The position numbers were made by a program, and so were the translations under genes. A stretch of 64,000 nucleotides of DNA from Lingula anatina (taxonomy: Eukaryota; Animalia; Brachiopoda), in NCBI GenBank assembly GCA_051362555.1, contig CM120640.1, forward strand, positions 15,252,001-15,316,000. The letters are read 5' to 3'. This document shows positions 15,001 to 26,280 of the stretch, in pieces; the stretch's first letter is position 1; the number at the start of each line of letters is the position of its first letter. Below the pieces are notes generated by a model. The model saw nothing but the letters and a program-made list of their open reading frames with translations, did not search any database and was not told the origin of the DNA.

Positions 15001-18000
15001 ACCTATCAGGCTCAAAGTGTTGGTGATATGACTGGCACATTAATATCATCAAACAAGCCCATAGCAGTATTCAGCGGCAATGTCAGAACAAACGTAGGTG
15101 CCGGAACGCGCTCTCGTGACCACTTGGTAGAACAGTTGACACCTGTTCCGTCTTGGGGTAAAAACTTCGGCACCGTGCCCACGCCAGGGCGTACAACTGG
15201 GGACGTATTCCGATTCGTGGCAGCTACAGATAACACGGTCGTCCAGGTGACGGGCCTCCCCAGCTTCACGCTTAACCGTGGCCAGTGGGAGGAGCAGGTT
15301 ATCCCCTCCACTACCTACGCCCACATCACTTCAAGCGAGCCGATCATGGTGGTGATGATTGTGTACAGTCAGTACAGTTCAAGTGAAGTGGCGGATCCCT
15401 CCATGATTCTTATCCCTCCCATGGAACAGTATGCTTTCGAGTATAACTTTGCCACGCCACAATACTCCGGCGGCGTGACAGGAGGAGACTACGTTCACTA
15501 TTTCTCACTGGTCGTTCGCGATGCTGACAAGGCCGGCCTATTGCTTGACGGAAATGCGCTCAGCAACGTTGTCAGCCTGAGCTGGAATAGTATACCGGGC
15601 ACTGAGTACGTGGGAGTATCCTTCCAGGTGTCAGGAGGTGCACACAATATCAGGCATTCGAGAGGAGACGTCAGCTTTATGGGCTTGTTGTATGGTACAG
15701 CAGACAGAGAGAGCTACGGCTTCCCTGTCGGTATGAGATTGGCCGTGTCCGAGGTAAGTGGCGAACACAGTTTTTTGTTCAATATCTTTGGCAGGAATTG
15801 AGTTTACAGGTAGTGTGTTGAGGTGATCGTAATTGCATGGGAATTGATGCGATGAGTAATTTTAATTTAATTTTTGTTTTGGTAAGATCGCACAAACCCT
15901 AAAACTATTTCTTAGGTAAAACTCTCTCTCCTATTCATAAATCGATCACATTTCAGCCGGCAACACAAGGACCGACTTCTGCCACCGCTGCCACTGCATC
16001 TCCATCAACCGCTTCGACTACCGGTGTTGTTACACCCACACCTACCACACCCACAACCACTACAACCTCAACTACCACAATTTCTACAAGTACAGCGACA
16101 GCACCGCCAACAACTTCATCACCCTCAGGTAAGAAAACGCTTTTAGCGCGAAGCCTTGCAAAAAATAATCACTGTAGTGTTATGTAAAAAATGTAAACTC
16201 GCCAAACGAATATTTTGGGGTCTAAATGTATAGATTCAATTAATAATTCATAGATTCAATGTTTGTTTGTTTGTATGCCTTTATATCCGTTTTTTCCTAT
16301 ATGTAACGCAAGGTTAATTGTGCTTTTGCCTTATAAAGGTGCTGTAGGAATCCAAGGACCGCCTGGCCCAGAAGGAGCAAAGGGATCAAAAGGCGATGTA
16401 GGTCCACAAGGTTTGGTGGGTCCCAAGGGAGAGAAAGGCATAAAGGGTGCTATGGGCCCGCAAGGACCTAAGGTAATTTATTGGGCTAACTTTTTGAACC
16501 AATTGTTTGTTGCAATAAAAATTTAAAAAATCATATAATGGTGTCTTTCGTCAGTGATGCCAATGCCTTCAAACAGAAATAAGGTACCAAGTGAAGTAAG
16601 TAGACCTTTTGTTAACAGTTGTAATTTTTGCCATTGCCTTACTCAGGGTTCTACTGGCCCCACTGGCAGTCAAGGTCCACAGGGTCAGAAAGGAGAACCA
16701 GGGGTTCAGGGTCTTAAGGGTGACCGAGGTGTCGAAGGCCCGGCTGGCTCAGCAGGTGCCACCGGGCCTCCTGGGCCTCAGGGTGGAGCTGGTCCAACTG
16801 GAGCCAAGGGAGATAAAGGAGACAAAGGTAATAAAATTTTGTATCATAAATTTTAAGTACCCTTTTTTGAAGGCTTTTGGAGTTTGGCTCCCCCTACTGT
16901 ACATTAATAATTAGTTTTCAGTTTTTGCCGATTTTTTACACTATTGGCTTTTCATATGCAAAACACCAAAAAGGGGTTAATGAAGTATTAGGAGGGTACA
17001 GGGTATATTGTGACCTATGTGGATGTAGTGATTTAAAAAAACCCACTTCATTATGAATGATCAATGACAATCTGTTAATTTTGATAATCAAGTTAATATT
17101 GTAAAGAATATCTAGAGTGACAAACACTTCCACTTCAATTATACAGACACCGCGAGAGTTATTTTAAACACATGTTAAATCTGTCGTCCCTCCAGGTAAC
17201 CCAGGTATCCAAGGTCCGTCAGGTCCCACTGGTGTTGCTGGGCAACAAGGACCGTCAGGAAATCGGGGACAGAAAGGTGACACCGGACTAATAGGTGACA
17301 CAGGAGTCAAGGGGGATAGAGGCTTACAGGGACCACCTGGTCCACCCGGCGACCAAGGTATAAGGCAAACATTTGAATATTATAATACTTGATAGATTAT
17401 ATTGTAGCTCGTGGGTTTTCCCCGGACATGGAGTTTTTTATGAGACACGTTTGTATTACAGCATTTTGTTCATATTTTTATTTTACTTATACTCATAAGC
17501 GTTCTGTGTTTTTTAAAATGTTGCTGAAAAAAGATGGGGTTGATAGATATGTTTTGCCCATGAAGAGCTTTTTTCTCAGACTTCCACTAATAAGTTTGCA
17601 AATATAGTAGTTTATGTCATTATTACCGTGGTAATGATGTGGATAATTCTGATTTTAGATATTGATGAGTGTCAGCTTGGCAACCATGGCTGCGCCCACA
17701 ACTGTGTGAATACATACGGCACCTACCATTGTACATGTAACACAGGGTTCAACCTACAGCCAGATACAAAATCTTGCGTTGGTAAGTAAATAAAATATTT
17801 ACACACAAGAAGCATTGTGATAATAAACATAATATGTGATAAAGCGTAAAAACAAACGGTGTTTGAAATAAATTTGTTGATTAAAAAAGAACATTTGCTA
17901 GTGGGATTATTGAAAATGTGACTGGGGGTAAAGCATCAAAATAATGTAGTTATAAAAGGGATTAAAAAAGTGCCTTAAAATCGTAACACATTTTTAGGTT

Positions 18001-19552
18001 ACATGACATTATCGTTTCCATTTATTTTTTCGCATATTCTTTTCTCAGACATTGACGAATGCAGTGGTCCAGGCAACGGTGGCTGCTCCAATACGTGTCT
18101 GAATAATGTGAATGGTGGTTATATGTGTACATGTCCCGCTGGTCTGGTCCTAAGTAATGATCAGCATACTTGTGAAGGTAAGTAGGACCACATTCTTTGA
18201 CTTTGGTATTTGTTATCATTATCCATTGTGGGAAGTACTAGTTATTTTTAAAAAATATTCTGTCGTGCAATTGATCATGGCGTTCACTACCTACACTGTG
18301 ATACATTTTACCCTAGTAATTCAGCAAAGTATTTTTCCAGTATTTTAATCTATTTTACATTATTTTATACACCATAGCCTAGTAATAAATTCAACCATAT
18401 GAAGGCATTATGTAATCAAATATTTTAATTGTTACTTAATGCTACCCATGTGTTACAGATCGCTCATATATCAATACTAATTTCATTCCAGATATAGATG
18501 AATGCAGCCGCAACCAAAGCACGTGTGATTCAAGCCAGATATGCTTGAATCTGATTGGCTCATACTCGTGTCTGGACGCTCTGAACATTACTTTTACCGA
18601 CCTGGGCAACCAGCTCTTGGCCTCAATGAACGGTAAGTCTTTTGATGAACTTAAATTTTTTATTGTAAACATTTCTTCTTTCTTTATTTTTTTATTCATA
18701 TTCTTATTACTTCTTTTTATAGGACATAAACGACGACATTTTAATGATATTATTTATTTATCTTTTATAATTTTTTCAGTATTCGTTTTATGGACGACCC
18801 ACTACTTTCAAAATCACAGTATTGAAAAGTTGTTTGGAAGTTTTTTAAATTCGCCATTCATTCAGTTTAAATTGTGTGGGGTTCTCATTGTGCACAGCGT
18901 AGTTCATTTGTTGCCTTTTCAATTCCATTGATAGCACTGAGGGCAGTCAATGTTACAGGAATTGTAGAAATGAAAAACAAATTGGAAGCTGCGACAGTTG
19001 GTGAGTTATATAGAATTATTTATTCCCTGTGCAATTATTTTTCTACAATCGCTTTAATGAAACTGATGGAAACACAAGATAACTCGTGAAAACCAATCCC
19101 CCACCCCTCACGAAAACTTAAGTGTGCATAATGATATTTTATGAGGTGTATGAAAATAATATTATATTCTTCTCTCAAATCCAAAATAGCTAAAAAACTC
19201 TTCTATTTTGCTAAATTGATATTTTTTCCACTTTTGATCTTGTAAACATTTTTTTTTTCAAAATTTTTCATTCAAATTTGTAGATCTTGAAACCGCCAAG
19301 ACCGGCTTCCAACAGCAGGTGGCCACGAATCCTCTCTGCTCGTCTCCGAGCCAGCTGCTCTCCACTACCGTCATGATCATCTTGATCGTCTGGCTTATCG
19401 TCCTGACTCTTATCATGCTTATCCTCGTGATCTGCCTCATGCTGAGGCGGAACAGCATGCGCAAAGAAGAAAAACTACGGAAAGACTATTATAGAGAGTC
19501 AATGTACAAAGCGAACTTTCAGTTCCCAACCATGTCCTCGCGCTATGCGTGA
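1..19552 (+). CDS. Gene A (5'-partial, >=3993 aa in window): multi FCGBP-N (IgGFc-binding-like) domain / DxDxDG linker / mucin / collagen / cbEGF type I transmembrane protein
   Basis: 31 GT-AG exons join in frame (11982 nt incl. stop): 1-58, 187-1517, 1678-1906, 2107-3395, 3599-3686, 3949-3987, 4107-5422, 5583-5670, 5838-5876, 6001-7316, 7483-7570, 7732-7770, 7903-9221, 9772-10128, 10440-10499, 10684-10752, 10913-10972, 11202-11289, 11505-12847, 13136-13223, 13852-13890, 14492-15753, 15957-16128, 16339-16472, 16647-16827, 17196-17357, 17659-17781, 18049-18177, 18492-18632, 18935-19000, 19284-19552. Seven ~430-aa repeats carry FCGBP N-terminal motifs ([13 protein letters not shown]...LG..YY, DLTGT.I.S..P.AVFSG, DHLVEQ.PP...WG, DP.M..IPP..QY, ESYGFP). 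Confidence 0.88.
187..1517 (+). CDS. Gene A exon: DxDxDG half-linker fused to FCGBP-N domain 1
   Basis: ORF 90..1541; acceptor ttctag|at at 186/187, donor cag|gtaata at 1517/1518. Confidence 0.88.
2107..3395 (+). CDS. Gene A exon: FCGBP-N domain 2
   Basis: ORF 2061..3428; tgtag|ct acceptor, ccg|gtgag donor. Confidence 0.88.
4107..9221 (+). repeat. Three near-identical tandem ~1.9-kb gene A modules (FCGBP-N domains 3, 4, 5 plus linker exons)
   Basis: Exons 4107-5422, 6001-7316 and 7903-9221 translate to nearly identical proteins (ORFs 4136, 5928, 7932); period 1894-1902 bp; introns 5671-5837 and 7571-7731 are still alignable. Confidence 0.92.
9772..10972 (+). CDS. Gene A Thr/Pro/Ser-rich mucin-like segment (4 exons)
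   Basis: Exons 9772-10128, 10440-10499, 10684-10752, 10913-10972, all phase 0-0 with GT-AG boundaries, translating to poly-Thr/Pro. Confidence 0.8.
11505..12847 (+). CDS. Gene A exon: DxDxDG half-linker fused to FCGBP-N domain 6
   Basis: ORF 11495..12889; gtag|at acceptor, act|gtacgt donor. Confidence 0.88.
14492..15753 (+). CDS. Gene A exon: FCGBP-N domain 7
   Basis: ORF 14434..15801; tttag|ct acceptor, gag|gtaagt donor. Confidence 0.88.
16339..17357 (+). CDS. Gene A collagen triple-helix domain (3 exons, 53 Gly-X-Y triplets)
   Basis: Exons 16339-16472 (15 triplets), 16647-16827 (20), 17196-17357 (18), no interruptions. Confidence 0.9.
17659..19552 (+). CDS. Gene A C-terminus: 2 full cbEGF, 1 four-Cys EGF-like unit, helical stalk, TM helix, cytoplasmic tail
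   Basis: DIDEC...C.N..G.Y.C motifs in exons 17659, 18049, 18492; [27 protein letters not shown] followed by RRNSMRK; TGA stop ends at 19552. Confidence 0.88.
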
Positions 19553-20087
19553 AGTTAGTTGAGGATATGTCTATGCAAACACTAGTCTGCTTTTTGCATC
19601 ACAACAAGTAGTGTAAAGCACTGGTCAGTTGAAAAAGGAAGTGAAACTTTTCACTGATATTTTTATATGAAATCTCGTTTCTTTGCCAATCAAGGCGACA
19701 CATACATGTATGTAGTAAAATCCCACATTATTATATACACGAGGGGTCAGTAGTTTATATGATAACATATTAATGTTACATTGTTATTTTATATATAACC
19801 AGAACGATATTTATTGTATGATGTGATACGAATTCATTCGAGGAAGTGGTCCTCGTGATATCAACATTCCAAGACCCTTCCGTATCCTTTTATAAGCGTG
19901 GTTGATCTTCCACTTGCTCTTCATTTACACAGTATTTCTATTAGATTGTGATTTATTGTCAGTCTAGGTTGTTAAATTGTAGCCATATTAAAGTTATGAC
20001 AAGAAAATGACAGTTTAGGGATGTCATTGTTAAAGCTACATGTTTTTGATTAGATGATGTTATTCTGTTGTACGAACGTTGAACAGC

Positions 20088-20093
20088 AATAAA
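20088..20093 (+). promoter_or_regulatory. Candidate polyadenylation signal of gene A
   Basis: AATAAA ~535 nt after the stop, followed by a T/GT-rich stretch. Confidence 0.4.
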
Positions 20094-21079
20094 CTCATTT
20101 ACAATTTTTTCTAGCGTGGTTTATACTGTTTCTCCCCAAATAACACTCTTATTGACCCAATCACTGGTAATCGTAATTATAAATGATCATATTGAGTCTA
20201 TCTTAGTTTCTAAGACTATAATATTTATTCATTGATGAGAAACTAACCTTACTAGTTTTAGCTGTTTAAGACAATGGTTTGGATCTTTTAAAGGCAAACA
20301 GGACAATTTTTAACTATAATTTACTTCTATGTAGACTTTGAAACGTTCCTTGATAAAGAGATTAAAATTGAGCTGAATTATAAAACATCTCAGTTATTAC
20401 ATGTTTTATATGTTTATTTTCTTGAAATAAATTTCGATTCTCACAGATTATTAAAGAATGACTTTGCCGGTGAGATGGTCTCTAAAAATTATAAAAAGTA
20501 GGTTATGATATGGCGTATAAAGTATACTTGTAGACTATTGTTCCTGAGACAATTTTTTTTGTCAAGTAAGCTGATCTCGGTGCTCATGATATCCTCTTCA
20601 GAAACTTTGTATAACATAAGACATCCATTCCAACACCTGCAACATGCATGACTCATGATATTTAAGAGAAAGTCAGTTGATACTGCTATTTGTAAAGTAC
20701 AATCGTATCTATATACTAACCATTAACATTTGTCATGCTATGAGAAATTCGTTAGCACATCGATATATCGTCGCTTCCTTATCACATCCATGTCGTGGCA
20801 TTTTTAAGTCACTATCATTACAGTGCTTTGGAAAATGATTTTTGTCCCAAATTTTCATGATTCAAAAAATGAAAGAAAAAAATGCATGGAATGAAAAAAT
20901 GGAGATTGTTTCATAGTGCTCTCTCCACCGGAGAGACCTCGCTCTCGTGGGGCTGTTGCCGACGGTCGGTTCAGCGTCCTACGACGAGTTGCTGGCCAGA
21001 GGGAGATTCCTGGGTGGAGAGCGACACGGGTGAGGTGATGTTCTTGGCACAAGTGAAATGAGTCGTAGTAATGTAGTGA

Positions 21080-23908
21080 TCACTTTCGTCTGTTTCTCAT
21101 CCAAGTGTTCCTGTGTGTTATGTTAGAATGTCTTCTCCTGTTGCGTTTCCCATACTTGCCAGTGTACGTGAATTCGGCTGCGTTCCCGAGTCCGACTACG
21201 ACGCAAGCACCCAGACCGCTGCGATGGAAGTTCAGGACCCCTACCTCTTCCCAGCGTTTGGTTTCCATGTCATACTTTTCTACTGAACTCATTGTGTTTT
21301 GTCCTGAAAGCAAATAGATATTCACTTTATATAAGGAAACAATGAGAACAATAATAACATAGTGCCTTACTTATGTGATGAATTAATACATCTTAAATAA
21401 ATCAATAAACTGATTACCTTAAATAAAAGAAAAAGAAAATAAAAACATCCTAGTGATGTGCTTACAAAAATACAGCAGTATATTCAGTATGTATTACATA
21501 ATGAAATGACAAGTGATTTATAATAACATAGTGCCTTACTTATGTGATGAATTAATACATCTTAAATAAATCAATAAACTGATTACCTTAAATAAAAGAA
21601 AAAGAAAATAAAAACATCCTAGTGATGTGCTTACAAAAATACAGCAGTATATTCAGTATGTATTACATAATGAAATGACAAGTGATTTATACAGGTCACC
21701 CGTCTGACTACGCAACGAAACTGGCTGAGAATTCATCGTGTAATAAACTTGCTCATGGAGACCCTACTGTTCATGTCAAAAACTTGCCATTGAATCCGCC
21801 AATGACGTAAACGCTTCCCTCCAAGACCACTGTTGCAAAGTTGCTCCTCGCCTCCTTCATGGTAGAAATAAGGGTCCACTTGTGCGTCCTTGGGTCATAT
21901 TTCTCACCTGAGGTCGTGAACGTCATAGACAAATGAAAATAGGTGTACCACGCTAGACTAAAACAACGTTAGACTAAAATTCCACTGGAAAAATGCTGCC
22001 TATAACTGCTTATAATAGCCTACTATTAAGTTTGTTAATTTATTTGGTTTTATCCGTACAAATATCTATCAAAGCCAACCACGCACCATAATTTTTCTTA
22101 AAATGCAATAAAATAAATAAATAATGTAAAAAGCCGAATATGAATAAACCTTACACTTTAAAATGAATAAAACGCCACCACACTTACCGCACTTCCTCCT
22201 TGTCTGCGAGACGTCGTCATAGCCGCCGATGGCGACTAACATGTTGTTAACAGCAGCGAGTCCGGTTCCGCTACGGGGATGGTTCATGGTCGGTAAAAGT
22301 GACCACTGGTCGGTGACAGGGTCGTACCTCTCCGCAGAATTCAAACAAGATTCTCCGTTAAACCCACCTGCCACGTACAACTTCCCTTGAACGACAGTTT
22401 TAGAGTGAGATGCTTAAAGAAAAGTTCTGAAGAAAATCTTTATACGTGCAATTCTATTTTGGGTCATCTTTTTCGAGTATTTGGTATTACGTGAGAAGAT
22501 ATATTAAAGTACACAAGTATTACACTTAAATTCTACGAAGGTAAATAGTCCTACCATTAAGCTCTGCCGCGCCTCCGTCACTGCGCTCACAAAGCATGTC
22601 TGAAACGAACGACCAGCGCTCCGTCAGCAGATCATACTTCTCTACGGTCCGCAGCCTACCCACGGGATCGGGTGTTCCCGGCTCGTAACCGCCACATGCG
22701 TAAATGCAGTCGCTCACTACACCAGCTATCACATAGCACCGTTTTGTATACATGGGGACTTTTTCGCTCCACGTCTTACTTGCCGGATCGAAACATCTCA
22801 TTGTGTTATAGTAACGTTTCCCGTTATAACCCCCCATGACGTAGATTTTGTTGTGGAGCGTAACGACTGCATGGTATGCCCTTGGATAGTCACGGTCTTC
22901 GAGTTTAATGTGGGAAAACCAACAGTCCGCTCGGACATCATACGCTTCAAACTGAGCTGTGGGACTGCCTTCACTCCAACCTCCTATCGCAAAAACCAAA
23001 CTTGATGGAACGCGAGGACGAAACATGCATTTCAAGCGAGTGGTCGGTAGAGTGTGGGACAGCGGCTTTTCGTATTCCTTCACATAGGCCTCCGCTTGAT
23101 GATAAATAGCAGAATCCAAAAGGTTTACCAGAGCTGGATGTTGACGGACCAGTGGCATTCTTATGATTCGATGAATAAGATCTGGATCACATAGTCCAAA
23201 GCGAACGTTTAAGAGAAGTTTTTCTCCTAATTTTCCCTTGTTCTGGTCACTTAGATCTTGGTGACTTATCCAAGAAACAATAGCGTTGAAAACTTCTTGT
23301 TCTGACTTGACGTTCAATCTATCGTCGCTAATTATTTCTTCAAAACATTCTAAGTCAAGCCCCATCATTTCTTCATGTTTACAAACCTCTGTGAAATTAT
23401 TCAAAATGTATCTGAAAACTGTTTCTGCTAAATTCACAAAATTGAAGAGTTTTGCAAAGTTCCAAATTCCCACACAATTTTCTGGCTGCAAACTGGATAC
23501 GGCATACCTACAGCATTTAGTCACAAGACCGTCCATCTGAAAACGATCAGCTATCGGCAGCAGATGTTCCACTTCATTTTCCGATATTTTTGCATCTGAT
23601 GTGTACGCAAACTCTAATATCTTTTCCATTATTGCACAGGTCACATCTGGGATATTCACCACCGCAGATTTCGTCTCTTTCATTCCGTTCAGAAAAACTG
23701 CTTGGAAGTATGGACTTGCGGCGGCAAGGACACATCTGTGTGCGCACAAATGTCCGTCTGCCAATGTTAATTCTGCATCGCATAACGATTGCTCTGTTCG
23801 AAGATAATTCAGATTTTGGTGAAAATCTGTAAAAATATTTGCGTAATTCATTGAGATGATCAATATGCTGAAATGTACATCTTCTGTTGATTCAATTCTA
23901 ATAAACAT
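21080..23908 (-). CDS. KLHL10: BTB-BACK-Kelch protein, KLHL10-like (~631 aa, 4 exons)
   Basis: Exons 23908-22555, 22385-22188, 21907-21788, 21303-21080 join in frame (1896 nt). BTB (AHRCVLAAASPYFQAVF), BACK (ENCVGIW...SDDRLNVKSE) and six Kelch repeats; AIGGWSEGSPT..EAYD.RAD.W and PRAYH match the KLHL10 subfamily from recall; orthology not tested. Confidence 0.8.
21351..21691. repeat. Perfect two-copy 169-bp tandem repeat in the last Kelch intron
   Basis: Unit starting ataataacatagtgccttac at 21351 recurs at 21520. Confidence 0.9.
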
Positions 23909-25150
23909 AGAAGTCGTTACAACGTAAATCTTGACGTACTCGTGCTACGTAGACGAAACCTCATGACGTCATTTGTCAAGGAGACGTCGTTTGTCATGTT
24001 ACTGCGGGACTGGTAATATTTTATTCTACTTTTGCTGTGCAAACAAATATTATCACATATATTGGCATATTTTCACATTAAATATCTGATACAGACGTAT
24101 TTGATGGCTAGTAAAGTTTAGTCGGATATCTTAAAATGTGCAGACGTCGTGTTTTAAATTGTTACTCGTTTCTCGTGCGGGCCCACTTAAGAAACAAGGC
24201 TGTTGAATTCTTATTCATTTGAATTTGAATAAACGTCTTTTTCATATAGTAATATCTCATACATTTTTAATTTCATAACTGGATCAAATTCAGTCCTTTA
24301 GGCCTAGTCGCTTTCAATTTCATTTGAATGCTAATAAGCTTCAATATTTTGACGTGTTCAGAAGTGAATATTCATGCTTGAGTGCTCAACGCGTGCATTC
24401 TTGCTCACTAAGAGCCCCTTGAAAAGACAAATAAAACTAAAGCGGCAACGCCATTGTTATTTACCTCGAATGGAATTCTATGCTTACATACGGGGACTTC
24501 GGCGACCCACGGCACAGTAAAGCGTCTCTGTATGTGGATGTCAGGTGAAAAAGCTGGAAGGCTGTCCAGGATAGAAGAGAACCGAAGGGGAAAAGTACAG
24601 TTCTACATGGCACGTTGATAATTACTTCGCGAACAGCTCTCTGATTATCAAGGTAAATAATGTTTTGCATACGACAGTTTGCAAGAATGGCCTGTCAGAT
24701 TGATCGTCGTCAACTTCGAGCCTTTAGCAGGTTCAGTTGCTTGTCTTGGTCGATATTGACGATGTCAGCCCTTCACGTTTGTAGTATAAAACATTCTAGT
24801 ATATTTCATTTCAAAATTCAGGTTTTTGCATACAAAATACAAATATATAAAAGCTCGGTCTTCACCTGAGCGTGCTAGGTCTATTGAGTTATGTACTGCG
24901 CCCTTTAAAGTGTAGCCTATTGTTAACATTATTGAAAGCTTTTTATTGTTAACTTTCACCAAGACGTATAATGTTCCCTTTTGTCCTAACCAATCGATAT
25001 TTGGAGAAAATGTTAACTTATGACTGAAACGCGAACCGGCATTCATAAAATTCACACTTTATCAAAAAGGTTCTATAATATAGATGCGAATCTTTAAAAC
25101 GTGGTAACAAAGGAATTTTCTTTAGGGTCTTTTCTTCATACTCGAACTTA

Positions 25151-25408
25151 CGCCCCATACTCATAGACGCCATCGGTCTACGTGGATCGGCCCAACTCTG
25201 CAGGGACTCTCGCCGACTGCAATCAGCGTAACTGAATGACACGCCTCCTCCTGGCGTTATGTAGAATACAGAGAAGCTGGTGATTGTAGGAGTATGGAGG
25301 AGGAGGAGGCGTGTAATTCAGTAGGCCTAAAGCTGTTTGCACTTAGTGAGAGCCCCTGCAGAGTTGGGTCGATCCACATTGACCAATGGTGTGTATTGGA
25401 ATGGGGTC
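25151..25408. mobile_element. Palindromic MITE, Tourist/PIF-Harbinger-like
   Basis: Long imperfect inverted repeats (ggtctacgtggatcggcccaactctgcagggactctc / gagagcccctgcagagttgggtcgatccacattgacc; tgaatgacacgcctcctcct / aggaggaggcgtgtaattca), flanked by TTA at 25148-25150 and 25409-25411. Confidence 0.7.
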
Positions 25409-26280
25409 TTAGGCTATATTTAAATGTGACACTTTGTTTATGTGTCATATGAAATTATTAGAGTGTAAAGAAAACTCCAACGGATGAGAACTGCAGGGTT
25501 GTCCTTCGTAAGTGAAAAACATCCGATTCTCCGTAGAAATTTACCTCAGCACGCTTGATTTCATCCGATCATTATATAACAGCTTGTTGCAAGCATGTTT
25601 GTTCAACCTTAGATATTGATACTATGTCTGAGGTAATTAATAAAGAAAATCACAATTGCTTACGAAATCGTTAAAATAGAAAGTACCAATCCAAGTTTGT
25701 TACATAAACAACACCGATTTCCGTTAATATTTTATTGTCTCTTGATTAAGTGTCGTGCTGACTGTTATATTGGTTGTAGGCCTATGCGAAGTGGACCTTT
25801 GGAACCAGCCAGTCGAGGTCATATGCAGTGGTTGCAACAGGTCAATTATCATTGTCGTGATTTGAAGCTATTAATTTCTTTTTAGGCTTACGATGCACAT
25901 ATGCTTTCTATATAGAAAACACTCGTGATAACTTCAGCAAACGCTTCCTTCATTGCTAAGGTATTCCTACTATCCAAATGTCGTTGAGACAATTACGAAC
26001 TCTAAGCCCCTACGAACTCTAACTCTAAGCATTCTCAATTCTAAATTCCTGATTTTTACGTTACAAATGAAATTTTCCAATCTCCATTTTCATTACGAGA
26101 CTGGCTAAAAAATTACAAACTTTGAACTCACTTTTTTAAAATTGTAATTTTGCCAATGGCTTTGGATATGGTATACTTAGCATGCCTCGGTAAGTTATGG
26201 TAAAGTGTTGAAATTCCAGGAAAATTATAAATGTGCTCTGTAAAGGTCTTATCGTTATTGTTTAACTTGAACCATTTCAG

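Noticed and set aside
90-15801. Treating each ~450-aa ORF as a separate gene in a prokaryote-style tandem array
   Set aside because: ORF ends run into intronic sequence; canonical splice sites and phases join them into one protein
21351-21691. CRISPR-like or other functional array
   Set aside because: Only two contiguous identical units with no spacers, inside a eukaryotic intron
24400-24760. Possible non-coding first exon or ncRNA between the Kelch gene and gene B
   Set aside because: A donor-like aag|gtaaat is present near 24652, but nothing else in the sequence supports a call
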